A stretch of DNA of 64,000 bases from Candidatus Aenigmatarchaeota archaeon (lineage in GTDB: Archaea; Aenigmatarchaeota; Aenigmatarchaeia; CG10238-14; SCSR01): assembly GCA_016181005.1 (NCBI GenBank), contig JACPAE010000004.1:78646-142645 (forward strand). The letters run 5' to 3'. The translations under genes and the position numbers were made by a program. The notes beneath the pieces were generated by a model that saw only the letters and a list, made by a program, of their open reading frames with translations, had not been told where the DNA came from and did no database searches. Shown one piece after another: positions 37,538-47,347 of the stretch (positions within the stretch are counted from its first letter, which is position 1; every line of letters begins with the position of its first letter).

Positions 37538-38503
37538 ATGAAGACGTACAATAAAATCTTTAACAAACTATGCTCCTTAGAGAATCTTAAACTGGCATTC
37601 AAAAAAGCCAAGAAAGGCAAAAGCAAGAAATGGTACGTAAAGGAATTTGAATGCAATTTGGATAATGAATTGACGAAATTAAAAATGGAACTGGATAATC
37701 AAACCTACAGACCACAGACATTAAAGAGATTCATAGTAAGAGATCCGAAAACAAGGGTCGTTCACGCATCAGCTTTCAGAGACAGAGTAGTTCATCATGC
37801 TATATGCAACATAATAGAACCTGTATTCGAGAAGATTTTCATTAATGACAGCTATGCCAACAGGAAGAAAAAAGGAACTCTTTCGGGATTAAATAGATTC
37901 GACAAATTCAAACATAAAGTTACTAGAAATCGTGAGTTATTAAGGAGTGCTAAAGACGGCAATATGACTGTAGGTTATGCCCTAAAAGCAGATATAAGGC
38001 ATTATTTTGATACTGTTGATTTGGAAATCCTAATGGAAATCATCCAAAAGAAGATAATCGACAGCAAAGTCCTGCGGTTAATAAAAGCAATTCTGGACAA
38101 CCATGATTTCAAAACTAAAGGAAAGGGAATGCCTCTTGGAAATTTAACGAGCCAGTTTTTCGCTAATGTCTATCTTAATGAGTTGGATTATTACGTGAAG
38201 CACAAACTCAAGGTAAAATATTATATTCGATATGTGGATGATTTTGTTATTCTGCACAGGTCTAAAGAAAAACTAGCGCTGTACAGGTGGATGATAGACA
38301 ACTTTCTAAAGCAGAGACTTAAGCTCGAATTGCATCCTGAGAAATCGAAAATCGTCCCCTTACATTATGGCGTAAAGTTACTAGGTTTTCGTGTGTTCTA
38401 CTACTATAAGCTACCACGGAAAAGCAATCTAAGGATTTTTGAAAAGAAATTAAGTATCTATACATTGACACCCAGAGAGAGAGAGAGCATATTGAAAAAC
38501 TGA
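37538..38503 (+). CDS. DGR reverse transcriptase
   Basis: RT motifs including YVDDFVIL (YxDD) and the DGR-specific motif-4 variant PLGNLTSQ (cf. IGNLTSQ of Bordetella Brt); 321 aa without a maturase or endonuclease domain. Confidence 0.85.
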   Translation: MKTYNKIFNKLCSLENLKLAFKKAKKGKSKKWYVKEFECNLDNELTKLKMELDNQTYRPQTLKRFIVRDPKTRVVHASAFRDRVVHHAICNIIEPVFEKIFINDSYANRKKKGTLSGLNRFDKFKHKVTRNRELLRSAKDGNMTVGYALKADIRHYFDTVDLEILMEIIQKKIIDSKVLRLIKAILDNHDFKTKGKGMPLGNLTSQFFANVYLNELDYYVKHKLKVKYYIRYVDDFVILHRSKEKLALYRWMIDNFLKQRLKLELHPEKSKIVPLHYGVKLLGFRVFYYYKLPRKSNLRIFEKKLSIYTLTPRERESILKN

Positions 38504-38613
38504 ATAAAATACTTGAAGGGGTGGTTTGGTTACGCTGCACAAGGAAATACTTACAAATTGAGAAAGAGAATTGTTAAAAGAACCAATAATATGATTCGAA
38601 ATCAAATAAAATT

Positions 38614-39459
38614 ATGAAGTTAGCTGTTGTTGCTTTAGGCGGTAATTCTTTGATTCACCCCAAAGAACGAGGAACTGCCGAAAAACAGATCAAACGTGTT
38701 AATAAGACAATTAGCCATCTTAAACCTCTTGCAAGAAAATTTACCCTAGTTTTAACACACGGCTCGGGACCTCAAGTGGGCAATCTATTGTTTCAGCAAA
38801 AGCTTTCTAAGAAAACTTTGCCAGAAATGCCTTTAGACACCTTAGATTCTATGGTGCAGGGCCAGCTCGGTTATTGGATACAGCAAGCTGTTGAAAATGT
38901 TCTGCATAAGAATGCCGTCACTATCATTACACGTGTGCTAGTTGACAAAAGCGACAATGCATTCAAACATCCTACCAAGCCAATAGGTCAGAAGAGCTGG
39001 AAAAAAATGGTAGCATCCCCCATACCAATTCAAATAATTGATGTGGAAAAAATCAAAGCTCTAGTAAAAAATAATTTTGTTGTTATCGCTTGTGGCGGCG
39101 GCGGCATCCCGGTAATTAAAAAGGTTGGAAAGTTCAGCGGTGTAGAAGCCGTGGTGGACAAAGATCATGCCACACAAAAACTTGCATCGCAATTGAAAGC
39201 CGATACAATAATCTTCCTTACTGATGTGCAATATGTTTTTTACAATTATGGGAAATCAAGCCAAAAGCCTCTTAGGAAGTTGTCAATTGAAAATGCTATA
39301 AAATATCTCAAGGATAACCAGTTCGAGGAAGGGTCTATGAAGCCTAAAATTGAGGCAAGTGTGGAATTCCTGAAGAAAGGCGGAAAGAAAGTCTTGATTA
39401 CTTCTCCTGAGAAATTAAATTTAGCACTAAAGGGAAAGGCAGGAACAGTGGTTGAATGA
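38614..39459 (+). CDS. arcC: Carbamate kinase
   Basis: MKLAVVALGGNSL N-terminus, amino-acid-kinase fold; 281 aa. Confidence 0.75.
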   Translation: MKLAVVALGGNSLIHPKERGTAEKQIKRVNKTISHLKPLARKFTLVLTHGSGPQVGNLLFQQKLSKKTLPEMPLDTLDSMVQGQLGYWIQQAVENVLHKNAVTIITRVLVDKSDNAFKHPTKPIGQKSWKKMVASPIPIQIIDVEKIKALVKNNFVVIACGGGGIPVIKKVGKFSGVEAVVDKDHATQKLASQLKADTIIFLTDVQYVFYNYGKSSQKPLRKLSIENAIKYLKDNQFEEGSMKPKIEASVEFLKKGGKKVLITSPEKLNLALKGKAGTVVE

Positions 39460-40325
39460 AGAAGGATTTGTTGTCGATCAATGATCTGTCTAAAGCCGAT
39501 GTAGAAAAGATTTTTAAATTGGCTGATAAATTGAGAAATAAAAGGACGAATTATCTGAAAGGGAAAAATGTCGCATTAATATTCCAAAAACCATCCACTC
39601 GGACAAAAGTTTCTTTTGAAGTTGCTATTAATCACTTGGGTGGCAATGCAATAAGTTTGAATTGGAACGAACTTCAACTTGGCAGAGGAGAAACAATCGA
39701 AGACACTGCTAAAGTTTTAGAAAGGTATGTCGACGCCATAGTCATAAGGGACTTTTACCATGACCATATAGTTAATATGGCCAAGATTGCAAAGATACCT
39801 GTAATTAACGCCTTATCCCATCTGGAGCATCCTTGCCAGGCTTTAGCTGACTTGTACACTATAAGACAAAAGAAGAAAAGCTTGAAAGGCAAAAAAATAG
39901 TTCTTCTAGGGGACGGCTCAAACAATACTTTTCATTCATTGGTTTTATCATCCGAAAAATTCGGCATGGAGGTAGTTGTATCATGTTCAAAGAATTACAA
40001 ACCTAAAGTTAAAGCAAATTATAAAATCGTAGAAAATCCGAAGGAAGCAGTTAAAGGCGCTGATGTTCTTTATGTGGACAGTTTTGTTAGCATGGGAGAG
40101 GAGGCTGAACAAGAGAAAAGATTAAGGGAATTGAGGAATTACCAATTAAACTCAGATTTGGTCAAGTTAGCAAAAAAGGATGTTATTGTGCTTCATCCGT
40201 TACCAGCCCATCGTGGACAGGAAATATCTTCTAAAGTCATTGATGGTAAGAGTTCTGTTGTGTTTGACCAATCTGAGAATAGATTACATACGGAAAAAGC
40301 CATTTTGCAATTGCTAGTAAGATGA
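39456..40325 (+). CDS. argF: Ornithine carbamoyltransferase
   Basis: STRTKVSFEVA carbamoyl-phosphate binding motif and HPLPAHRGQE; 4-nt overlap with arcC. Confidence 0.75.
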   Translation: MKKDLLSINDLSKADVEKIFKLADKLRNKRTNYLKGKNVALIFQKPSTRTKVSFEVAINHLGGNAISLNWNELQLGRGETIEDTAKVLERYVDAIVIRDFYHDHIVNMAKIAKIPVINALSHLEHPCQALADLYTIRQKKKSLKGKKIVLLGDGSNNTFHSLVLSSEKFGMEVVVSCSKNYKPKVKANYKIVENPKEAVKGADVLYVDSFVSMGEEAEQEKRLRELRNYQLNSDLVKLAKKDVIVLHPLPAHRGQEISSKVIDGKSSVVFDQSENRLHTEKAILQLLVR

Positions 40326-40354
40326 ATTTAATAAAGTAAAAGAATTATTTATTA

Positions 40355-41830
40355 ATGGCTGTTGCAACCTACAAAATGTATATAGATGGCAAATGGGGTT
40401 CAAGCAATTCTGGTGAGACCTATACACGTGTCAACCCGGCCAACTACAACCAAGTTCTTGGCAGATTCCAGCAAGGCAATAAAGAGGACGTTAACAAAGC
40501 TGTAGATGCTGCTGAAGATGCTTTTGAAAAATGGAGGAATGTACCACCGCCAAAAAGAGGAGAGATTCTTTTGCGAGTTGCACAATTGCTTAAAGAGCAT
40601 AAAGAAGAGTTGGCACGAACAATGACTCGGGAGATGGGAAAAGTTCTTATGGAAACTCGCGGGGATGTTCAAGAGGCAATAGATACATGCGAGTTGATGG
40701 CTGGAGAAGGTAGGAGATTGTTCGGAAGAACTACAACAAGCGAATTGCGAGACAAATTTGCAATGACTGTTCGTTTGCCTTTAGGTGTTGTCGCATGCAT
40801 AACACCGTGGAACTTTCCTATTGCTATACCTGCATGGAAAATTACAGCGGCACTGATTTGTGGAAATACAGTAGTCTTCAAACCTTCCAGTGACACTCCG
40901 ATTTGCGCAACTAAATTCATTGAAATTCTAGAGAAAGCCGGTGTGCCAAAAGGTGTAGTTAATATGGTAACTGGTCCTGGTGGAACTGTAGGCACTCACT
41001 TGGTCAAGCATAAGAAAGTCAGAGCAGTGTCGTTCACCGGCCACAAGGATACAGGTGCACAAATCTTGAAAGATGCCGGAATAGGGAAGAAAATTGGCTT
41101 GGAGATGGGAAGCAAGAATCCAATAATTATTATGGACGACGCTGACTTGGAGCTGGCGTTGGACGGAGTTGTTTGGGGTGCGTTCGGCACATGCGGGCAA
41201 AGATGCACCGCAGCCAGCCGTGTTATTGTCCACAAGAAAGTTAAGGAAAAGTTTCAGAGAATGTTAATAGAACGTGCAAAAAAGCTGAGAATGGGAGACG
41301 GTTTGCATCCGAAAACAGATGTTGGGCCGCTGGTAAACAAGGCAGCGCAAGAGAAAGTTGCAAAATACATTGAGCTAGGAAAGAATGAAGGCGCCAAATT
41401 ATCTTATGGAGGTAAAGTTCCAAAATTGAAGGGGTGGTTTGTAGAGCCGACAATATTCACAGGCGCATCACCAGACATGAAAATTTTCCAGGACGAGATA
41501 TTCGGTCCTGTTACAAGCTTGACAGAAGCCAGAAATTTGGACCATGCAATCGAGCTTGCCAATGCTGTAGAATACGGGCTCAGTTCGTCCATTTACACTA
41601 GCAATATACAGAATGCAATGAAGGCGATAAAATATCTTGAATATGGACTCACCTACGTCAATTCATCGACGATAGGTTCAGAGGTTCATTTACCATTCGG
41701 AGGGACGAAAGCTTCAGGCTCAGGGCATAAAGAAGTTGGTTGGACTGGCATAGAGTTCTTTACTGATGAAAAGACTGTGTACATCGACTATTCCGGCAAA
41801 TTGCAAAGGGCGCAAATCGATATAGAATAA
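40355..41830 (+). CDS. NAD(P)-dependent aldehyde dehydrogenase
   Basis: ALDH catalytic region (LEMGSKNP, GQRCTAASR); 491 aa. Confidence 0.85.
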   Translation: MAVATYKMYIDGKWGSSNSGETYTRVNPANYNQVLGRFQQGNKEDVNKAVDAAEDAFEKWRNVPPPKRGEILLRVAQLLKEHKEELARTMTREMGKVLMETRGDVQEAIDTCELMAGEGRRLFGRTTTSELRDKFAMTVRLPLGVVACITPWNFPIAIPAWKITAALICGNTVVFKPSSDTPICATKFIEILEKAGVPKGVVNMVTGPGGTVGTHLVKHKKVRAVSFTGHKDTGAQILKDAGIGKKIGLEMGSKNPIIIMDDADLELALDGVVWGAFGTCGQRCTAASRVIVHKKVKEKFQRMLIERAKKLRMGDGLHPKTDVGPLVNKAAQEKVAKYIELGKNEGAKLSYGGKVPKLKGWFVEPTIFTGASPDMKIFQDEIFGPVTSLTEARNLDHAIELANAVEYGLSSSIYTSNIQNAMKAIKYLEYGLTYVNSSTIGSEVHLPFGGTKASGSGHKEVGWTGIEFFTDEKTVYIDYSGKLQRAQIDIE

Positions 41831-42026
41831 CTAGCAGCAGTCTTTCCCGCATGCGCACATCTGTTCCTTGCTTTCCTTTTTCCTCGATTTCATAACATCA
41901 ATTCAGGGTCTATACTTAAATCTTTAACAGCATCTCTTATTATTCGAGTGCCATGGAACCTGTTGAAGCATTGAGGTATGAATAACAAGTCCGATAACAA
42001 CACAGATTAATTTTTATCGTCACCTA

Positions 42027-43038
42027 ATGTTACATAGCGGTATAATGTACAATCTCGGAGCAATAGGCTTGGGTCATTGGGTAAAGAGATTGCATCATGT
42101 GCTTGAAAAAGGAAACAAGATGAAGCTTCTCAAGGCTGTTGCACTCAAAACTTACGAAGAAAGGAAGGACGAATTGGAATCTTACGGGATAGCAAAAGAC
42201 AGATATTTTAATGTGAACTCAGACGGTAAAATTCCAACCGGGTTTTTCAGAGATATCGACGTCGTGCAGATAGCAAGCCACAATAAGTTCCATTTCAACC
42301 AACTGCTCCAGTGCCTCTCAAATAGAAAACTCACTATAGTAGAAAAGACTTTAGCTGTTAATAGAGACGAGTTCAACCAAGTCATGGAGAATAACAAATT
42401 TTGACACAGTTTTTCTTGAGAAAGCCGATGAGGAAGACACTAGAAGAGGATGGGTTTTTTCGCCTGAACACGGCGGCATATTCATGGACTTGATACATCC
42501 GGTAGAGATTCTAGTCCAGATATTGAAAGCGGATTTGGACGAACTGACTGACGCCAGGACATATATAGTGAAACCTGAATACGACAGCAAGAATCCGAGC
42601 GCAGTGCAAGTCATCTATAAAGTTAGTGGTAGTAAATTTGCAAAGGACGCAGTCGCAACAATAAAGCTCGGCAAAGGCTTTGATATGGCTTCAGACAAGA
42701 AAATCATGCGACTGTATTTTGAAGACGGCACGTTTATCGAGTTCGAATATCTAAACACAGAAGAAGAGCTTGCGACAGGCAAAAGAGGAAGTTGGAAGCT
42801 GTTCAAGAGCGAAGAAGGCGGTGCCAAATTGTTGGAAAGCAAGGAGGTGCAAGGCCTTTTGTCCTACGAGACTCTGATAAACGAGGTTGTAAAAATTCTT
42901 CAAGGCGGAGAGATGCCTCTGACGTTGGACGAGATAAAACGCATGTACGAGTCCGAGTGGCAGTTCCAGGAAATCTCAAAAGATTTGAAGCCGATTACAG
43001 ACAAGGAAGAGATTAAAAAACTCACTGAGGGTATTTAA
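42027..43038 (+). pseudogene. Gfo/Idh/MocA family oxidoreductase disrupted by a +1 frameshift in a T-run (or sequencing error)
   Basis: ORF 42027-42404 carries the NAD-binding N-domain with the EKTLA motif and stops at aaattttga. Frame +1 is open from 42403 into ORF 42484-43038. Removing one T from tttt gives ...NNKFDTVFLEKADEED... read-through. Confidence 0.55.
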
Positions 43039-43063
43039 ATTCTTAATCGACTCTTAATAAAAT

Positions 43064-43774
43064 ATGCCAACTATAGTTGTAGCCACCTCTATCGAGGAAG
43101 CTTTACACGAATTAGCAAACTATCTAGTCCCTATAGAGCAATCCAAATTTTCCCAATTAGGGTGTTACGGAGAGCCGTTAAGATCCAACAGGCAAGTTGA
43201 ACTTAAAGGCAGGGGATCTCTTGTAGGAGACGATGGTACAATTAGACTTAACCTGCCGGAACAGATACTATTTTTCAACTTACTAGACTCAAAATACGGT
43301 CCTCTAGAGCACGGCAATCTGGAACGGCAATTAAGAGCAGCCTATTCTCCAGAAGGGCAATCCTACAAAGACAATGTTCTGGCTCTTTTCTGGGTGTATA
43401 CAGGCGAGGTTGGAATAAAATTAGAAAATGGTCATGTGTTTGGAAGAGCTGTTAAAGTTGAGCCTATACCAACAGGTATATCAACAGGTACTGTTGTTTT
43501 TGAAGACGAATCACAAGCTCAGCCCAGCCCAGGGGACTACAAATTTACTCTAAACAGATCGGGAGTTTATGTGCCTACTGACATAGGTCGATTTGATCAA
43601 ATAGGAGAAGCAGAAGGCAATGGTTATTGGCATGGTGTTTATCCAGACAGCCAAGGCAGGTCTGTTGTCAGGTGCGGCTGGGACTCTGGCGATGGGGGGT
43701 TTGGCGCGGATGCGTACGGGCTGTTGGTCAGGGCCGTCGCTACCACTCTGGGTACGTGGAGAAAGGCAGCTTAA
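43064..43774 (+). CDS. hypothetical protein, Gly/Trp-rich C-terminus (paralog family with 36448 and 46688)
   Basis: GNGYWHGVYPDSQGRSVVRCGWDSGDGG tail resembles the C-termini of the DGR target and ORF 46688; GC-rich. Confidence 0.4.
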   Translation: MPTIVVATSIEEALHELANYLVPIEQSKFSQLGCYGEPLRSNRQVELKGRGSLVGDDGTIRLNLPEQILFFNLLDSKYGPLEHGNLERQLRAAYSPEGQSYKDNVLALFWVYTGEVGIKLENGHVFGRAVKVEPIPTGISTGTVVFEDESQAQPSPGDYKFTLNRSGVYVPTDIGRFDQIGEAEGNGYWHGVYPDSQGRSVVRCGWDSGDGGFGADAYGLLVRAVATTLGTWRKAA

Positions 43775-43828
43775 TCACTCTTTTGTTTATTTGAAATATC
43801 TTTTTGACAATGTACGAGATTGATTATT

Positions 43829-44776
43829 ATGAAAGTTGGACTTGTAGGCTTGGGAAGAATGGGAACAGACATAGCCAAACGGCTTGTTAATGGCGGTCAT
43901 GAAGTTTTTGTCTGGGGAAGAAGTGATAAAGTTTTCAAGAATGCCGAAGAAGTAGGAGCTAGGGGAACAACAGACATGCAAGAATTCTTTAACCAGTTGC
44001 CCTCACCCAGAATTATATGGTTGATGGTTACTTCTGACGCGGTCGATGAAGTGTTGCAAAAGACAATGCCATATTTGAGCAAAGGCGATATAGTTGTTGA
44101 CGGCGGCAACTCTTTTTTCAAAGACTCCATAAGGCGTGCAAGCGAATTGAAAGACAAGGGAATTAATTTTCTTGATGTGGGCACGAGCGGCGGAATCGAG
44201 GGCGAGGAAATCGGCTATTGCATCATGGTCGGCGGCGAAAAAGAAATATTCCATAAAATCGAGCCGATACTGCAGAAGATTGCTACCAAAGACGGCTATG
44301 GCTATGTCGGCAAGTCCGGCGCCGGCCATTTCGCCAAGATGGTGCACAACGGAATCGAATACGGCATGATGGAATCGATAGGCGAAGGGGCGGCTATGCT
44401 GAAAAATTCCCAGTTTGATTTTGACCTCCGCGAAGTTTTCAGAATATACAGCGCGAAATCAATCATCGACTCGAGGCTTGTGAGCTGGACTTTGAATGAA
44501 TTAAGGGAAAATCCGGATCTTTCCGGCATCTCCTCGATAATAGGCTCTGGAGGAAGCGGAGAAAAAATTGTTGGCGAAGGCCACTGGACTGTTCAGACAG
44601 CTAAAGAGATGGGCATAGACGTGCCGGCCATAGAGGCTGCAGTCAGGGTAAGGGATTCGTCCGACAAGGATTCTGAAAGCTCGCCGTCCGGCTTTAGAAA
44701 CAAGGTAGTTGCTGCTATGCGCTGGCAATTCGGCCAGCATCCTGTTAAAAAGGATAAGCCGAAGGAAAACGAATGA
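43829..44776 (+). CDS. 6-phosphogluconate dehydrogenase-like NAD(P)-binding protein (short, decarboxylating-type)
   Basis: MKVGLVGLGRMGTDIAKRL Rossmann N-terminus; HNGIEYGMM motif. Confidence 0.7.
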   Translation: MKVGLVGLGRMGTDIAKRLVNGGHEVFVWGRSDKVFKNAEEVGARGTTDMQEFFNQLPSPRIIWLMVTSDAVDEVLQKTMPYLSKGDIVVDGGNSFFKDSIRRASELKDKGINFLDVGTSGGIEGEEIGYCIMVGGEKEIFHKIEPILQKIATKDGYGYVGKSGAGHFAKMVHNGIEYGMMESIGEGAAMLKNSQFDFDLREVFRIYSAKSIIDSRLVSWTLNELRENPDLSGISSIIGSGGSGEKIVGEGHWTVQTAKEMGIDVPAIEAAVRVRDSSDKDSESSPSGFRNKVVAAMRWQFGQHPVKKDKPKENE

Positions 44777-44783
44777 ATAAAGC

Positions 44784-46022
44784 ATGGTAGCGCTTGACCC
44801 AATCGTGCCTGTGATAGCAATCTTTACGCTAGTTGTTCTTGTGCTCGGCGTGATACTGCGGTATCTCGGCCAGCCTTATGTCATAGCATACATAGTCGCA
44901 GGCCTGCTGCTTGGAGCCAACGGCCTTGGGTTGAGCAATGATTTCATACTTTCCCAGCTAGGCACAGTAGGAATAATTCTCCTCCTCTTTTTTATCGGGA
45001 TGGAAGTGTCGTTGCCCCGGCTGGTCTCGAACTGGAGGGTGGCGATAGTCGGCACGACCCTGCAAATAATACTCAGCGTCATACTCATTGTGATTCTTGG
45101 CACGCTACTTAGCTGGCCTTTGGAGCGCAGCATTCTCTTCGGCTTTGTAATCAGCCTAAGCAGCACCGCAGTGGTGCTCAAGATACTGGAGGACAGGAAT
45201 GAGCTGAACACAAAAGTCGGCCAGAACATGCTCGGAGTCCTTCTGGTTCAGGATCTGGCCGTTATTCCCATGCTGATAATTCTCAGCATGTTCGGTGGCA
45301 AGTCCCTTTCGGGCGGCGAACTTGCACTGCCATTGATAGGAACTATCCTGATAATAGGCACTGTTTCTTGGATAGTCAAGCGCGGAGGGATATCTCTTCC
45401 GTTCGGCGAGGCAATAAGACAGGATCATGAGACGCAAGTGTTTGTCGCGCTTGTCATAGCATTCGGCTTTGCGTTGGTGACCGCGTTGTTCGGCCTTTCT
45501 TCAGCATTCGGCGCTTTCGTCGCAGGAATTCTTGTAGCAGCCACGCGGGAGACCCACTGGATACACATGAACCTTAATCCTTTCAGAATAGTCTTCGTCG
45601 CGCTTTTCTTCGTCTACATCGGCATGCTGATAAGCATAGATTTCCTGCTTGAGAACCTGCTCATGATAGGCGTCTTAACCGTCGCAGTATTTGTGGTTAA
45701 CACGGTGGCAAATGCCGTGATATTTAGGTTCTTGGGAGACGGCTGGAAGGAGAGCTTCTATTCCGGCGCACTGCTTTCGCAGATAGGTGAGTTCAGTTTC
45801 GTTCTTGTTTCCGTAGGCTTGCACCAAGGACTTGTCGCCGAGTTCGGCTACAACATCACAATCTCAATTATAGCTCTGACACTGCTCCTTAGCCCGTTCT
45901 GGATTTACTTCATGAAGAGGGTAACCCAGGCAGACTTTAAGAAGTATACGATACCTGTAATAACTCTGCCGGATTTTCCCGGTAGGGGGAAGTCCAAGTA
46001 CAGCTACAAGCCGAAGAAATGA
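44784..46022 (+). CDS. Cation:proton antiporter (CPA family)
   Basis: About 12 TM segments; 412 aa. Confidence 0.65.
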   Translation: MVALDPIVPVIAIFTLVVLVLGVILRYLGQPYVIAYIVAGLLLGANGLGLSNDFILSQLGTVGIILLLFFIGMEVSLPRLVSNWRVAIVGTTLQIILSVILIVILGTLLSWPLERSILFGFVISLSSTAVVLKILEDRNELNTKVGQNMLGVLLVQDLAVIPMLIILSMFGGKSLSGGELALPLIGTILIIGTVSWIVKRGGISLPFGEAIRQDHETQVFVALVIAFGFALVTALFGLSSAFGAFVAGILVAATRETHWIHMNLNPFRIVFVALFFVYIGMLISIDFLLENLLMIGVLTVAVFVVNTVANAVIFRFLGDGWKESFYSGALLSQIGEFSFVLVSVGLHQGLVAEFGYNITISIIALTLLLSPFWIYFMKRVTQADFKKYTIPVITLPDFPGRGKSKYSYKPKK

Positions 46023-46061
46023 GCATAGAGCAATTGCTATTTCACCTTTAGTAAAAACTTC

Positions 46062-46313
46062 TCATTCGTAAATGCTCTCTCTTTGCCCGATTTTGTAAAC
46101 AATTATATCCTTACCTTCCAAATAAAACAGTATCCTAAGCTTCCCCACTCTTAATCTATAATGGTTCTGATAACCTTTCAATTTCCTAATGTCTAAAGCA
46201 TAGGAAAAGCCCCCTTCCAAAATCTTCAATTTACCGGTTATGCTTTCTTTCAACTTTTTGGGTAATTTCTCCAATTCCTTAGAAACCTTTTTCTCAAGAA
46301 GTATATTAAACAT
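46062..46313 (-). CDS. RelE/ParE family toxin (paralog of 15049-15300)
   Basis: HYRLRVGKLRILFYLEGKDIIVYKIGQR C-terminal signature. Confidence 0.6.
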   Translation of the reverse strand: MFNILLEKKVSKELEKLPKKLKESITGKLKILEGGFSYALDIRKLKGYQNHYRLRVGKLRILFYLEGKDIIVYKIGQRESIYE

Positions 46314-46520
46314 TTACTTCAGCTTGCTTAAAGGAACCAGTTTTAGTTTTCCTTCCCTTCTTTTGTTTTCAAAGCCTCTTATTGCAACAATATCTTCTCT
46401 GGTAGGCGCTTCAACACCAACGACCCTGCTTTCAACCAGCATAGACACCTTTCTCAATTCATTTCTTATTTCTTTCAGCTCATCCATCAAGTATCTTGGT
46501 TTCAATTTTTCATGTCTCAT
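46314..46520 (-). CDS. putative antitoxin (paralog of 15297-15503)
   Basis: MDELKEIRNELRKVSMLVES resembles LSELRDVKRHLIRVESMLAE of the other antitoxin; abuts the toxin start. Start codon uncertain (ORF track extends to 46580). Confidence 0.45.
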   Translation of the reverse strand: MRHEKLKPRYLMDELKEIRNELRKVSMLVESRVVGVEAPTREDIVAIRGFENKRREGKLKLVPLSKLK

Positions 46521-46687
46521 GTTAACTAATTGTTTCTCTTGTTTTATAAATATTCGCCCGACGATTTTCCATCGCTTCACGCACTGGCTTTCTATAAGCT
46601 ATACTTACATGAATTAATAATATTTAAATCCTTTCCTGTCACTATTAAATTAGATTATAATGACCACGGCCAGACAGCTTAGTTTCA

Positions 46688-47299
46688 GTGCCGGAAGAGC
46701 AAGAATTGTATACTGTAAAGGTCCGAACGGGTATGAACGCAGGAGTATGGCGAGTTGGCAGACAACTTGTCAGAACACCAAATGGCATCTTTATACCATA
46801 TAATGAAGGATTGACTGTAGTACAAGCTTATGACGCAGTACAAAATGATCCGGCCTTGCTTGAAGCATGTCTTGAACTTGTTCCAGTAACAGTTTTGTTA
46901 TACGGCATACAGCATGATGGAGATTTTTATAAAATGCTGAGAGGAACTTACCAGTTGACTGGAAGCGGCGTTGTTGACTCCCGCCTTTTGGGAACGCCAA
47001 ATGTGACCAGAGGCGATCTGCAATACCATGGATTAAGAAATGACCGCCCTATTGCCAGAATCGAACCCCAAAATGGACGTGTAGAAAAACTCGATAAAAC
47101 TGCTTTATGGGGCGTTGGAAAAGGCTCTAAGGTAGAATCTGAAAATCCAACACATCCAACATACATGTATAATGCTGATGGTAATAGATTTGTTGGCTTG
47201 GGCTTCGGGTACGGCGACGCCGTCGGCGTGAACGCGGACTGGAATCCGTTGAGTCGGGCCTTCGATTGGGGCGCCCGGTTGGCAAAGAAGGCAGAATAA
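46688..47299 (+). CDS. hypothetical protein, Gly/Trp-rich C-terminus (paralog of the DGR target family)
   Basis: C-terminal NPTHPTYMYNADGNRFVGLGFGY resembles PNTHVWTNPNPDYENGLRALGWDF of the DGR target; followed by a second copy of the ~98-nt element. Confidence 0.4.
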   Translation: MPEEQELYTVKVRTGMNAGVWRVGRQLVRTPNGIFIPYNEGLTVVQAYDAVQNDPALLEACLELVPVTVLLYGIQHDGDFYKMLRGTYQLTGSGVVDSRLLGTPNVTRGDLQYHGLRNDRPIARIEPQNGRVEKLDKTALWGVGKGSKVESENPTHPTYMYNADGNRFVGLGFGYGDAVGVNADWNPLSRAFDWGARLAKKAE

Positions 47300-47347
47300 A
47301 AACTTATCCTTGAAAATCAAATTTTTTATTTGTCCTGGCGAAAGCAT

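Noticed and set aside
37538-38503. RT as a retron or group II intron RT
   Set aside because: It has no maturase or endonuclease domain and no intron structure. It carries the DGR-specific GNLTSQ motif and an adjacent TR/VR pair with A-specific mismatches.
43064-43774. ORFs 43064 and 46688 as remote DGR targets of the TR at 37389-37517
   Set aside because: Their 3' DNA does not match the TR at non-adenine positions (for example tct vs ttc, with no shared ccgtgag/gagccttgg/ggttcgcttttg blocks); only protein-level resemblance remains.
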